64,000 nt of DNA, taken from assembly GCA_963575745.1 (NCBI GenBank), contig CAUYUJ010000002.1, forward strand, positions 682,001 to 746,000, read 5' to 3'. The notes under the pieces were generated by a model, which worked only from the letters and a program-made list of their open reading frames with translations, ran no database searches and had not been told where the DNA came from. The DNA is from Prorocentrum cordatum. Lineage: Eukaryota. This document shows, in pieces, positions 35,400 to 48,900 of the stretch. The position numbers were made by a program, and so were the translations under genes. Within the stretch, counting starts at the first letter, position 1. Each line of letters begins with the position of its first letter.

Positions 35400-38300
35400 G
35401 TCATGGGTCACCGGCACCCCAGGCTGGCGCAGAAGCCTTCTGACAGCGTTAAAGGAGCACGGCTTCGCTTGCCATCCCCTGGGGCCCTGCGTTATGCTCA
35501 TGCACCAGACTGTCGACGGACGCCCCGAGCAATTATCCGGACTCGTTGTCACCAGAACAAAAGATCTGTTTGGAGGCGGCGTTTGTGATGGCGGCATTTG
35601 CGATAGATTAGTCGATGCCATTTCTCGCCTTCGCAAGCGGTTCACACTCGGAAAATGCATGGAACTCACGCGGGGGGGGCGCCGCTGAGCGCGGCGGGCG
35701 CACTCGGCGACAACGCAAAACATTCGACTTCACAACCTCTATGGCGCGGCACCTTGCAGGATGAGCTCAACCGATCAGCCCCCCGCGGGGGCGCCGCAAG
35801 AACCCCGGGCTACCGGCCGCGCCGGAGGAGATTGCAGCCGCGCGCGGGCGGCGTGGGAAACTTATTGGACGCGCCGAGAAGGTGTGCCCAACGGCCCGGG
35901 GGGCGCATCTCTCCCCCTAGCAGCGGGGCGCAGCGGGCCGCGCGGGCGGCCGACGAGGCGCGGCCGCAGCCGAGGGGAGAGGGCCCCAAGAGGGACCCGG
36001 CGCCCTGCCGGCGGCGCGGCGCGCCAGTGCCAGACAACGACCAGATGCTGCGAGCCTGCGCGGGCTTCCAGCGCAGGCCCCGGCACAGGCGGCGAGACCC
36101 GCTTCAGAGGCGGCTCGCCTGGCCCACGGGCGAGAGACGCCGCAGACGGGGGCAGGCGCATCCTCGAGCGGGCGATTCACGTCCGGAACGCGGCGCCGAA
36201 GGACAGGCACGCGGCGCCCGGCGCCGACGAAGACGGGGAAAGAGGTTGAGGCGGAGGCGACGGCGAGGCCGAGGGCCGACAGGAAGGGCGCCGAGACGCG
36301 GGCGACCGCGGCACAGGCGCAGGGCGGCTGCGACTGCGAGGAGAAGGGAAGCAGGAGAGGGAGAGGAGGGGGGAAGGGCGCCCACTGCCGAAGCCAGGAG
36401 GGAGGTCAGAGAAGAACGGGGGGGAGGCTCCGCCGCAGAAGCCAGGGGGAGGGGGCTGAGGAGGAAGAAGAGGAGGGAAGGGCGCCCGACGCCAAAGGCA
36501 AGATGGGGGGTCAAGGAGGCAGGGGGAAGAGCGCCCGTGGCCGAAGGCAGTCGGGCGGCAAGGAAGGCGAAGCAACTGCTGCAAAAGACAGGGGGGCTGC
36601 AAGGAAGGGAAGGCACCCGACGCAGAAGACAGAATGGAAGACACCTCCAACTACCGCAGCCGGGCCAGCCTGACGGCCCCGCTGTTGCACCGCCCCCCCC
36701 TGCCCATTTCCAAGGCGAGAGGTCTCGCCGAAGCAGACGCCGCACTGCGGCGCAACAGACAAAGACCTCTCGTTGGAATAGGAAGCTGATGTAAGTACTC
36801 GCGCGTAGCATTTTCATAAGACTCGAGCGCGCTGGGAGCTCTGCCCCGATGGTCGAGGCCAGCGCCACGCGCGAGGGCTTGGCCGAGGCCGAGCGGGCTA
36901 CCCCGTGGATCTTCATTGCGAAGGACTACCGATGCGAACGCAGACCGACACGCCATGAACCCAGAAATCCAGCTTGCGCAGATCATGGGGCAGCGTCATC
37001 GCCATGACCGAATCCTTGCGCGATAGTATCAGTCGGGAGAAATTTCGCCACGACCGAGATGCGAGCAGCCCGGGAGATTGTTGTGATTCGGGGTTTCTTG
37101 GGGAACCTCGGTGGTCAGCGTCGCCAGTTCCCGTGCAATCTGAATCCCGCGGCAGTGTGACGCTGGCTACCGGGAAACGCAATCCGATACCAAATATGTC
37201 GAAGAATATTCTTCTGCCGAACTCTACATCTTCCCGCGCGTCTCCTTGCGCTCCTCCGAAACGTTCCCCCCCCTCTACGCGGCCTGCTGCCGACTCAGAG
37301 CTTTCGACGCGCGATTCCTTCGATGGCCCTAATCGCGCAGTGGGCGCGTCAGCATGTCATGAGGCATCGCCGTTTACAGCATGCGATTTTGGCTTCGTGG
37401 CCGGCCCCCCCCCCCTAGGCCGCGGAGCCACGCCGCCGGGGGGGCCAGCGCCTGGCCCCCTGGTCCGTCTGCTCGACGACCCACCAGCCACAGAAGGAGA
37501 GCAGGATGCAGGTCGATTTCGACGGCGACGACATGGACTACATCTTTTGCGACTGCGAGGAATACGATTGCAAGGTGGACGAAAAGGAGGTCAGCTCAGG
37601 TGGCTCTCCGGCTGCAGCGGTCGATGACACCTGGGGTGATCCTCGAAGGTCTATGAGTCAGGATTTCGACTCATCCGCTAAAGGCCCAGCGCCAGCTGCG
37701 CCCCCCCCGAAACATCTTCGCGCGCGGCTCTTTTGCGAACTTCGAGCAGAGGCACTCGAGGGGACTCGCCCAGACGCGAGGTACCGGGATCCCGCGGGCC
37801 TGGGCGCTCTGGGAACTGCAGAGATCGACGAGGAGTTGCGCGACGAGCAGCGCAGTCCACAACTATGCGGAACCCGCACTCCCTGGACAGTCTTCTGTCC
37901 GAGGGCCAAGGCATCATCGTCCGCGACGGCGGCGCAGCGACGTCGTGAACCTGGCGCCCATGGAGGACACCGACAAGGAGGGTATGTCATCCGAGGCTGT
38001 CCAACTCAGGGAGGAGAGGATGAAGACACGGGGTGGCAGGATCATGCGCCGCCGTTCGCGAGCTTGCGACGAGGGTGCGTAGAGTGGACGAGTGCAACAA
38101 GACCCTCGAGGAGCACGCTGACCGCCTCGAGCTCCCTGCGCCCGCCCAACGAGTGGGCGCCACCTGATTCGGCACCAAATTCCCATCACCTCAGGGGACA
38201 CGTTGCGATCTTTACGGCCACGAGTCAACGCCTCGAGCTGGAGGTGCGCCGCCTGGACAAGGTGGCGGACAGGATGGAGGCCATGGAGGGCGGCCCGGCC

Positions 38301-41300
38301 CCCCCTCGGACGAGGGCCATCAAGTTGCAGGCAGAGGGAGACGACGCCCGAGCTGAGTGTCAACGGCTCAAGCAAGAGCGGCGCCTCGAGCTGCAGCAGA
38401 CCAGGGAAGCGTTGATCAAGCAGCGAGGCGAGGCGGAGAACGGACTCGTCTACGCCCGAAGTCTATTTGAGGCACTGGGGCACGACGACGCAGAGGCGCG
38501 CGACCCCGAGGCCGCAAACAAGGCGAGTTATATTCAGGGGCTGCCGACCTTCCATTGGTTCGCGGCGCGCTCGGGGATGCAAACGCACGCAGCGCGCCAT
38601 GGAACACATGTTTTATATGAACAACACGCGCAGTCCTGCTACAACGTCCACACCTGGGTTTCCTGGAACCGCTACATCACGAAGATGCAACGAGTGCGAA
38701 CCCACGGGATTAAGTGCGCCCTGAAGGACAAGAGGGGCAACTTCAGTTGGCTGGTGGATCCGCGGGAACCGGCGGATGGCCAGGGGGGACTTCGAGAAAC
38801 TACCAGGAATAATTTAGGCCGCGCGCCCTGGGGTAAACGGACTCGCCCCTTGGCCTTCCAGGCCGTCGAAGCAAAAGCGTCGAAGGCGCCGTCTGAACAG
38901 GAAGATCACGCGCCGGGCCGCGCGGGCCGAGGGCGCGGGTTCGAGCGAAGGCGACGACGAGCAGGAGGAAGATCCCAGCGGCGGACCACCCGGCGCAGCA
39001 TCCGGTGACGGCCCCGCCGGCGACTCCCCGCAGCATCTCCACGCGCCCTGCGAAGCCTGCCCAGGAAAGAAGCCCTCGGCCGATGCAGAAGAAGAAGCAC
39101 AAGAAGAGCTGCAAACCAAGGAGCCAAAGCCGCCCCGGGAGTCGGCTTCCGGCGAATCTGTTGCAAAGAGAGGGTCCGAGAGATCCGCCTTTGCTTCCTC
39201 GTCGGCACAGCGTCTTCACGCCGAAGAAGACATCGTTGACGACGCGGCCAAGGAGACAGTCGAGGAGACGCAGGCGCCCAACGACAAGCCGCCACTCCCC
39301 AGGCCGAAGTTAGTCGGGGCCGTCGGTGTCTACGTTTTGGTGCCCGACGAGCACGACAAGATTCGCCGTCCAGGCCCATCGTCGGAGCACCAGGGTGAGT
39401 TCTCCGCGCGCGGTCGCTATTCAAGCGGGGCGGATCGACAGAAAGGTCATGGGCGCTGCCCACGAGCGGAACCTGGATTTCGAATACGCCACCAGGTCCG
39501 CGGCAAGTTGGGGGCCTGAGGAAGAAGTTGGACTGTGCGTTTCTCTGGGCAACTTGGCAGGGATTCCGAATGACTAGACAGCGGTTCCACCTCTCGCGAA
39601 CTACGGGGCCCTCCTCCTGGAACATCCCTGGGCCAATGGGCCGCGCAAGCGTTCTCGCGGCGAGGTGGAGTACCGGGGTTGTTGGAGTCTAGGAGCTCGC
39701 CCCTGCTGGATACGAGCGCCACGTCTGGGTCAACGTGGGCGACCTTCGTCTGCAGCGGGGCCCGCTGCCCGCGCTCCAGCAGCCACTGCGCTATGTCGCG
39801 GCGGCGGGGAAGCAGCAGATTCCGCGGGCGAAGCGAGACATGGCGAGGGGCAAGACGGCGGAAGGCCAGGGCACAGACGCGGGCCAGACGACGCAGGGCG
39901 AGCCGTCCGATACAAAGGAGGAAAACGGACGCTGGCCGACCGACGACGCGATCTATTCGCTGGCGCTGAAGAGCCGCACTCGACAGACGCGGGACACGGA
40001 GACGTTGGCATGTTTGCATCCGTGCCCGAGATGTCCGACCTTTCATGTCTGGATGAAGCTGTCGACGTCTGTGCTCATCGAGATTGCTATCGACATGACA
40101 CGATCAAGTCGTGCAATGCTCTTGAATCCGACATCGCGGTGCACTACTTGATGACAGCAGTCGAACCCAGTGATCACGAGCCGCCCCATGGGCGTTTCAA
40201 GGCGCGCGCAGAGGCCGAGACCAAGGGCCCCGCGACCACTCGCCCTGTGTCAGTGCTCGCCTGGAGGAACTTCAGCGACCTACCAGGTTGGGCCCCCGCG
40301 GCGCTGGCTCTGGCCAGCAGCGTGAACCACCGCGACCTTCCGAGAATCGGCATCTACCCATGGTGCCCAACTCATGAGGAGAAGAAGCTCATCAACGACA
40401 GCTGGGGGGGAGTTGGCGAAGGACGGCGAGGCGGCTCCACAGGGGGAATGGAGCAGGTCGAGGACCGCGGGTAGCACGGACATGAAAACAGGCTGGAACG
40501 CCTTCTGCAAAACGACTCCGAGTTGTCAGGCGCCGCGTGCCCTTCTCAAGGGTTACATAGACAGCACTCCGCCAGCTGGGGGAGCCATAGGGGAGGCCAC
40601 GAAGTCCGCGACGATCATCGACCAGTACATCTCCACTCTGGTGACCGAAAGATCTCCACCAGAAAAGGGCCAGCTACTCCTCGAACCCGAAGAACACTAC
40701 ACCAGTTCCCACTGGGGGGAGGCCTACAAGCTGACCGGAAAGAAGAAGTATGTTCTCGACAAGATGATGAGCTCCAGCTGGACAGTATGTACCGAGGTTG
40801 ACGCGACGGGGGGCCACCTGATCGACGGTCTCTGTCACTGCGATTGTTTGTTTGACGTCCTGGTTCTGGATGACCATTCTGGGATATTCAAGTGTCCAAA
40901 GGACCCCACGTCTGTCGCGGGCGTCTCACGGGACTCATCGAGGGCCCTCGCGTGCAGGGCCCGATTGCATCCAAGTGGGCAATGGTGGATCATGGATATG
41001 TCGATGGCGCACGCCAGGGAGATGCAGCAAGCTAAGGGGCTCAGCTATCCGGGTGCCGACATCCAGACCGCCCACCACGGCACCGCAGCCCTTGCTTCTA
41101 TCTGGAGCAAGGACGGGTTGTACAAGTTGGAGTAGGGACCCTCGATCGAGCACGGGCAAGATTTTCGGCGTTTTTTGTGAAAGAACACCGCGCCGCACCT
41201 CCTGCGCTCACTACATGGTGCACCTGTCTTGTGAAGTTGGCCCTGAGATGAACATGTGTGCATTATTTGTCGACGTACAGGTGGACCGCAAACGCCACGC

Positions 41301-42130
41301 AGGTTGTCCCAAAGCGCATGTTTACCAGCAGCGGTGCCAAACCAAAAAGCAGTACCTACTACGCCGCCAAGCTCTGGTTCCACACTGCGGCGATGAGGGA
41401 GATCCGGGACAACATATAGACAAAGCAGCAAATCGTTGGATGGTAGGCTATGGAATCGCACGGCCCGGATGTACCTTACGGCACAGGCCATTCCCACCGC
41501 GTCTCCGAGCGTCCACGCGTACTCGGACGAGAAGATCGAAGACCCCGACTTGACGACTCGAGGCCAAGCTGATACCCAAGCACGGGGCATGGGTTCCTCC
41601 ATGGACCAAAGAGCTCAGCGCAGCATCCCGCTACCTGGAGCGAGTTGGATACCAGTACGACCTCCGCCCGATCCGCAGAACTTCATGGACGAGTTGGGGG
41701 AAGCTGCGGACGAATCAGGATCTGGTAAATGGAGCCACGATCGGACAGTCCATTCATGGCACTTTCCGAAAGACGTTTTCAAGGAGTACGTGTTCGTGTA
41801 GCCGTACCGGCTGTACGTCACATGCGCTTTGGGACTACGTGGGAAGACTACGGGATCTGAGTGGCTACGACTACTGAGCATTACAAGCGGAACTTCACGG
41901 ACTTAGGCGAGGCGGCGTTTGTGCTGCAAGACAGGAGATGTGGTTGTCATGCCCATGTCAGCCGTTCTTCCTCCTGCGCCTCTCTCTGTACTCCCTTGTG
42001 TGCCGCCGTTGTGGCTTACAAGGGTCTTTTGTTACTTGGCTCGCAGGCGATACAGTTACCCCCGTACAGTCCACAGTGGGTCAGGTCATGCGCTGCCTCC
42101 CTGCGGACGGGCTGCATGTGCGCGAACTGT
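35400..42130 (+). pseudogene. Unassigned, heavily degraded coding-like region
   Basis: Non-repetitive sequence with protein-like + strand segments in shifting frames (37506..39008 acidic/coiled-coil, 39665..40474, 40374..41135). No family recognised. Confidence 0.3.
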
Positions 42131-42868
42131 CTTTCTGTAGTATCGTATTATTATTCTCCCCGTCCTCCTTATCCTCATCTTCCTCCTCATCCTCCTCATC
42201 CTCTTCCTCTGCAAGTGCTCAATCTGAGTGTTACTCTCTCTTCCCCGGCTACGCGCTGAAAGTGTGGCGCCCCCTTCCGTGAATCATGCTTATCCATCTG
42301 AACGTTTTGTTTAATGACAGACGTTATTTCAGGATCGGCTTGTTTTTCCCGTCGTCCCGAACGGCCCTCTCGCCCCAGCGCGGCCCCCTCTTCTGGATCG
42401 GTGTCCTTCCTCATCTTTGTCTGCCCGTTCCTTTCTCCTCCTCCGCCTTCCCCCAGTTATCCTGCCCCTCCCTCTTCCGTTCCTGGTCCTGCTGCTGCTG
42501 TCCTTCGTCCTCCTCCTCCTCTTTTCCGCATTTCCGTTTCCCTCCTGCTACTCCGCTTGCTCATCCGCCACCTCCTCATCCTGCTCCTCTTCCCTTTCCT
42601 CCTCCTCCTCCTCCTCCTCGTCCTCCTCTTCCTCCAATGCACACAGTTCCCATTTGTGTTGGTGTTGGTTCCAGGCAGGCTCTGACACCCCCCGGCCCGC
42701 CCCTCAGCGCAATATGAAGCGATGGGTGGGTGGTAGGGTGTCAAATACGGCGCAAGCGCACATGGCTTGTCCTCCTCATGTCTCCTCCCGCCTCCTGTTC
42801 CTTCTCCTCATCATCACCGATCCTCGACGATCGGCTATGTTTGTATTTGCGCTCTCCTCCTCCTTTGG

Positions 42869-42898
42869 AGCCATTTTGGCTCAAGCCATTTGATTGAG
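42869..42898 (+). other. Tandem relict DinoSL upstream of RuBisCO
   Basis: AGCCATTTTGGCTCAAG (42869-42885) is a perfect 17-nt match to the 3' part of DinoSL. It is followed at once by the decayed CCATTTGATTGAG (42886-42898). Confidence 0.92.
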
Positions 42899-42957
42899 AC
42901 CGTTTTTGCAAAACCAGCTTGTCGACTGTGCGAGCTCGGCTCAGCCCTACTAGCACA

Positions 42958-45900
42958 ATGGCCCAGCGCGCCTCGCTTGGGGCTGCCGCTGGCCTGGCGG
43001 CCGTCGCTTGCTTGAAACACGGCCAGTCCTTCGTGTCCTCGCAGGGTGCGCCCCGCGCCGCCGTCGAGGAGACGCTGCAGGCTTCCCCTGCAGATGCGGC
43101 CCCCGCCCTCCGCGGCGCCGCGCACGCCCAGCAGCCAAACCCCACGGGGGGAGCGGCGGCCCTGGCAGCGCCGGCGGCCGCGGCCGCCCTCGCCGCGGCG
43201 GTCGGGTCCAAGCGCCGTGGTCGCGCCAGCAAGTTGGCGGCCGGCCAGCTCTCGTCCGTTGTTCCAGTCCGCTCGCGCGCCAGCGTGGCCCGCCGGGCCC
43301 TGGACCAGTCGAGCCGCTACGCGGACCTCTCGTTGACGGAGGAGGACTTGATCAAGAACGGCCAGCACGTGTTGGTGGCCTACATCATGAAGCCCAAGGC
43401 GGGCTATGATTACCTGGCCACCGCGGCGCACTTCGCGGCGGAGTCCTCCACTGGCACGAACGTGAACGTGTGCACTACCGATGACTTCACCAAAACTGTG
43501 GACGCGCTCGTGTATTACATCGATCCTGAGAACGAGGAGATGAAGATCGCCTACCCGACGGCCTTGTTCGACCGCAACATCACCGACGGTCGCGCCATGA
43601 TGTGTTCGGTGCTGACCCTGAGCATCGGAAACAACCAGGGAATGGGCGACGTCGACTACGGCAAGATCTACGATATCTATTTCCCGCCGCAGTACCTGCG
43701 CCTGTTCGACGGGCCGTCGTGCTGTGTGATCGACATGTGGCGCATCCTGGGCCGCGGCACGGTCGGCGGTGGCTTGGTGGTCGGCACCATTATCAAGCCC
43801 AAGCTCGGCTTGCAGCCGAAGCCCTTCGGCCAGGCCTGCTATGGCTTCTGGCAGGGCGGCGATTTCATCAAGAACGACGAGCCGCAGGGCAACCAGACGT
43901 TCTGCCAAATGAACGAATGCATCCCCGAAGTCGTGAAGGCCATGCGTGCGGCCCAGGAGGAAACGGGCCAGGGGAAGCTGTTCTCCGCCAACATCACGGC
44001 GGATGATCCGAACGAGATGATCGCGCGTGCCAAGTACATTCTGAACCAGATGGGCCCGATGGCGGAGAATTGCGCATTCTTGGTCGACGGCTACGTGGCT
44101 GGTGGCACTGCGGTGACCGTTGCGCGCCGCAACTTCCCGAAGCAGTTCCTGCACTATCACCGCGCCGGCCACGGCGCAGTGACCAGCCCGCAGACTCAGC
44201 GTGGGTACACCGCCTTCGTGCACACCAAGCTGTCGCGCGTCATCGGTGCCAGCGGCATCCACACGGGCACGATGAGCTTTGGCAAGATGGAGGGCGACGC
44301 TTCGGACAAGAACATCGGCTTCATGTTGCAGGACGACGTCGCCGACGGCCCCTACTACCGCCAGGAGTGGGAGGGCATGAAGCAGACCACCCCGATCATC
44401 TCGGGCGGCATGAACGCCTTGCGGCTGCCTGCGTTCTTCGAGAACCTGGGCCACTCGAACGTCATCCTGACGGCTGGCGGTGGGGCTTTCGGGCACAAGG
44501 ACGGGCCGAAGCAGGGTGCGATCTCGTGCGCCCAGGGCGAGGAGTCGTGGAAGTTGTGGAAGGCAGGCACCTACGGCGACGTTAGCCTGTCGGACGGCGT
44601 CGTCGAGTACGCGAAGACGCACGAGGAGCTCAAGGGCGCGTTCCTGACGTTCCAGAAGGATGCGGACCAGATCTACCCTGGCTGGAAGGAGAAGCTCGGC
44701 TACACGGGCGAGTCCTCCGTCCAGGCGGCCAGCTTCAACTGGCAGAAGAAGGATTTGGCCGCGGCGTTCGTTGGCGCCAGCAATGCTCGCAAAGCGAGCT
44801 CCGTGGCCCGCCGGGCCCTGGACCAGTCGAGCCGCTACGCGGACCTCTCGTTGACGGAGGAGGACTTGATCAAGAACGGCCAGCACGTGTTGGTGGCCTA
44901 CATCATGAAGCCCAAGGCGGGCTACGACTACTTGGCCACCGCGGCGCATTTCGCGGCGGAGTCCTCCACTGGCACGAACGTGAACGTGTGCACTACCGAT
45001 GACTTCACCAAAACTGTGGACGCGCTCGTGTATTACATCGATCCTGAGAACGAGGAGATGAAGATCGCCTACCCGACGGCCTTGTTCGACCGCAACATCA
45101 CCGACGGTCGCGCCATGATGTGTTCGGTGCTGACCCTGAGCATCGGAAACAACCAGGGAATGGGCGACGTCGACTACGGCAAGATCTACGATATCTATTT
45201 CCCGCCGCAGTACCTGCGCCTGTTCGACGGGCCGTCGTGCTGCGTGATCGACATGTGGCGCATCCTGGGCCGCGGCACGGTCGGCGGTGGCTTGGTGGTC
45301 GGCACCATTATCAAGCCCAAGCTCGGCTTGCAGCCGAAGCCCTTCGGCCAGGCCTGCTATGGCTTCTGGCAGGGCGGCGATTTCATCAAGAACGACGAGC
45401 CGCAGGGCAACCAGACGTTCTGCCAAATGAACGAATGCATCCCCGAAGTCGTGAAGGCCATGCGTGCGGCCCAGGAGGAAACGGGCCAGGGGAAGCTGTT
45501 CTCCGCCAACATCACGGCGGATGATCCGAACGAGATGATCGCGCGTGCCAAGTACATTCTGAACCAGATGGGCCCGATGGCGGAGAATTGCGCATTCTTG
45601 GTCGACGGCTACGTGGCTGGTGGCACTGCGGTGACCGTTGCGCGCCGCAACTTCCCGAAGCAGTTCCTGCACTATCACCGCGCCGGCCACGGCGCAGTGA
45701 CCAGCCCGCAGACTCAGCGTGGGTACACCGCCTTCGTGCACACCAAGCTGTCGCGCGTCATCGGTGCCAGCGGCATCCACACGGGCACGATGAGCTTTGG
45801 CAAGATGGAGGGCGACGCTTCGGACAAGAACATCGGCTTCATGTTGCAGGACGACGTCGCCGACGGCCCCTACTACCGCCAGGAGTGGGAGGGCATGAAG

Positions 45901-48900
45901 CAGACCACCCCGATCATCTCGGGTGGCATGAACGCCTTGCGGCTGCCTGCGTTCTTCGAGAACCTGGGCCACTCGAACGTCATCCTGACGGCCGGCGGTG
46001 GGGCTTTCGGGCACAAGGACGGGCCGAAGCAGGGCGCGATCTCGTGCGCCCAGGGCGAGGAGTCGTGGAAGTTGTGGAAGGCAGGCACCTACGGCGACGT
46101 GAGCCTGTCGGACGGCGTCGTCGAGTACGCGAAGACGCACGAGGAGCTCAAGGGCGCGTTCTTGACGTTCCAGAAGGATGCGGACCAGATCTACCCGGGC
46201 TGGAAGGAGAAGCTCGGCTACACGGGCGAGTCCTCCGTCCAGGCGGCCAGCTTCAACTGGCAGAAGAAGGATTTGGCCGCGGCGTTCGTTGGCGCCAGCA
46301 CGCTCGCAAAGCGAGCTCCGTGGCCCGCCGGGCCCTGGACCAGTCGAGCCGCTACGCGGACCTCTCGCTGACGGAGGAGGACCTGATCAAGAACGGCCAG
46401 CACGTGCTGGTGGCCTACATCATGAAGCCCAAGGCGGGCTACGACTACCTGGCCACCGCGGCGCACTTCGCGGCGGAGTCCTCCACTGGCACGAACGTGA
46501 ACGTGTGCACCACCGATGACTTCACCAAAACTGTGGACGCGCTCGTGTATTACATCGATCCTGAGAACGAGGAGATGAAGATCGCCTACCCGACGGCCTT
46601 GTTCGACCGCAACATCACCGACGGTCGCGCCATGATGTGTTCGGTGCTGACCCTGAGCATCGGGAATAACCAGGGCATGGGTGACGTCGACTACGGCAAG
46701 ATCTATGACATCTATTTCCCGCCGCAGTACCTGCGCCTGTTCGACGGGCCGTCGTGCTGCGTGATCGACATGTGGCGCATCCTGGGCCGCGGCACGGTCG
46801 GCGGTGGCCTGGTGGTCGGCACCATTATCAAGCCCAAGCTCGGCTTGCAGCCGAAGCCCTTCGGCCAGGCGTGCTATGGCTTCTGGCAGGGCGGCGACTT
46901 CATCAAGAACGACGAGCCGCAGGGCAACCAGACGTTCTGCCAAATGAACGAATGCATCCCCGAAGTCGTGAAGGCCATGCGCGCGGCCCAGGAGGAAACG
47001 GGCCAGGGCAAGCTGTTCTCCGCCAACATCACGGCGGATGACCCGAACGAGATGATCGCGCGTGCCAAGTACATTCTGAACCAGATGGGCCCGATGGCGG
47101 AGAATTGCGCATTCTTGGTCGACGGCTACGTGGCTGGTGGCACTGCGGTGACCGTTGCGCGCCGCAACTTCCCGAAGCAGTTCCTGCACTATCACCGCGC
47201 CGGCCACGGCGCAGTGACCAGCCCGCAGACTCAGCGTGGGTACACCGCCTTCGTGCACACCAAGCTGTCGCGCGTCATCGGTGCCAGCGGCATCCACACG
47301 GGCACGATGAGCTTTGGCAAGATGGAGGGCGACGCTTCGGACAAGAACATCGGCTTCATGTTGCAGGACGACGTCGCCGACGGCCCCTACTACCGCCAGG
47401 AGTGGGAGGGCATGAAGCAGACCACCCCGATCATCTCGGGCGGCATGAACGCCTTGCGGCTGCCTGCGTTCTTCGAGAACCTGGGCCACTCGAACGTCAT
47501 CCTGACGGCTGGCGGTGGGGCTTTCGGGCACAAGGACGGGCCGAAGCAGGGTGCGATCTCGTGCGCCCAGGGCGAGGAGTCGTGGAAGTTGTGGAAGGCA
47601 GGCACCTACGGCGACGTTAGCCTGTCGGACGGCGTCGTCGAGTACGCGAAGACGCACGAGGAGCTCAAGGGCGCGTTCTGACGTTCCAGAAGGATGCGGA
47701 CCAGATCTACCCTGGCTGGAAGGAGAAGCTCGGCTACACGGGCGAGTCCTCCGTCCAGGCGGCCAGCTTCAACTGGCAGAAGAAGGATTTGGCCGCGGCG
47801 TTCGTTGGCGCCAGCAATGCTCGCAAAGCGAGCTCCGTGGCCCGCCGGGCCCTGGACCAGTCGAGCCGCTACGCGGACCTCTCGTTGACGGAGGAGGACT
47901 TGATCAAGAACGGCCAGCACGTGTTGGTGGCCTACATCATGAAGCCCAAGGCGGGCTACGACTACTTGGCCACCGCGGCGCACTTCGCGGCGGAGTCCTC
48001 CACTGGCACGAACGTGAACGTGTGCACTACCGATGACTTCACCAAAACTGTGGACGCGCTCGTGTATTACATCGATCCTGAGAACGAGGAGATGAAGATC
48101 GCCTACCCGACGGCCTTGTTCGACCGCAACATTACCGACGGTCGCGCCATGATGTGTTCGGTGCTGACCCTGAGCATCGGGAACAACCAGGGCATGGGTG
48201 ACGTCGACTACGGCAAGATCTATGACATCTATTTCCCGCCGCAGTACCTGCGCCTGTTCGACGGGCCGTCGTGCTGCGTGATCGACATGTGGCGCATCCT
48301 GGGCCGCGGCACGGTCGGCGGTGGCTTGGTGGTCGGCACCATTATCAAGCCCAAGCTCGGCTTGCAGCCGAAGCCCTTCGGCCAGGCCTGCTATGGCTTC
48401 TGGCAGGGCGGCGATTTCATCAAGAACGACGAGCCGCAGGGCAACCAGACGTTCTGCCAAATGAACGAATGCATCCCCGAAGTCGTGAAGGCCATGCGTG
48501 CGGCCCAGGAGGAAACGGGCCAGGGGAAGCTGTTCTCCGCCAACATCACGGCGGATGATCCGAACGAGATGATCGCGCGTGCCAAGTACATTCTGAACCA
48601 GATGGGCCCGATGGCGGAGAATTGCGCATTCTTGGTCGACGGCTACGTGGCTGGTGGCACTGCGGTGACCGTTGCGCGCCGCAACTTCCCGAAGCAGTTC
48701 CTGCACTATCACCGCGCCGGCCACGGCGCAGTGACCAGCCCGCAGACTCAGCGTGGGTACACCGCCTTCGTGCACACCAAGCTGTCGCGCGTCATCGGTG
48801 CCAGCGGCATCCACACGGGCACGATGAGCTTTGGCAAGATGGAGGGCGACGCTTCGGACAAGAACATCGGCTTCATGTTGCAGGACGACGTCGCCGACGG

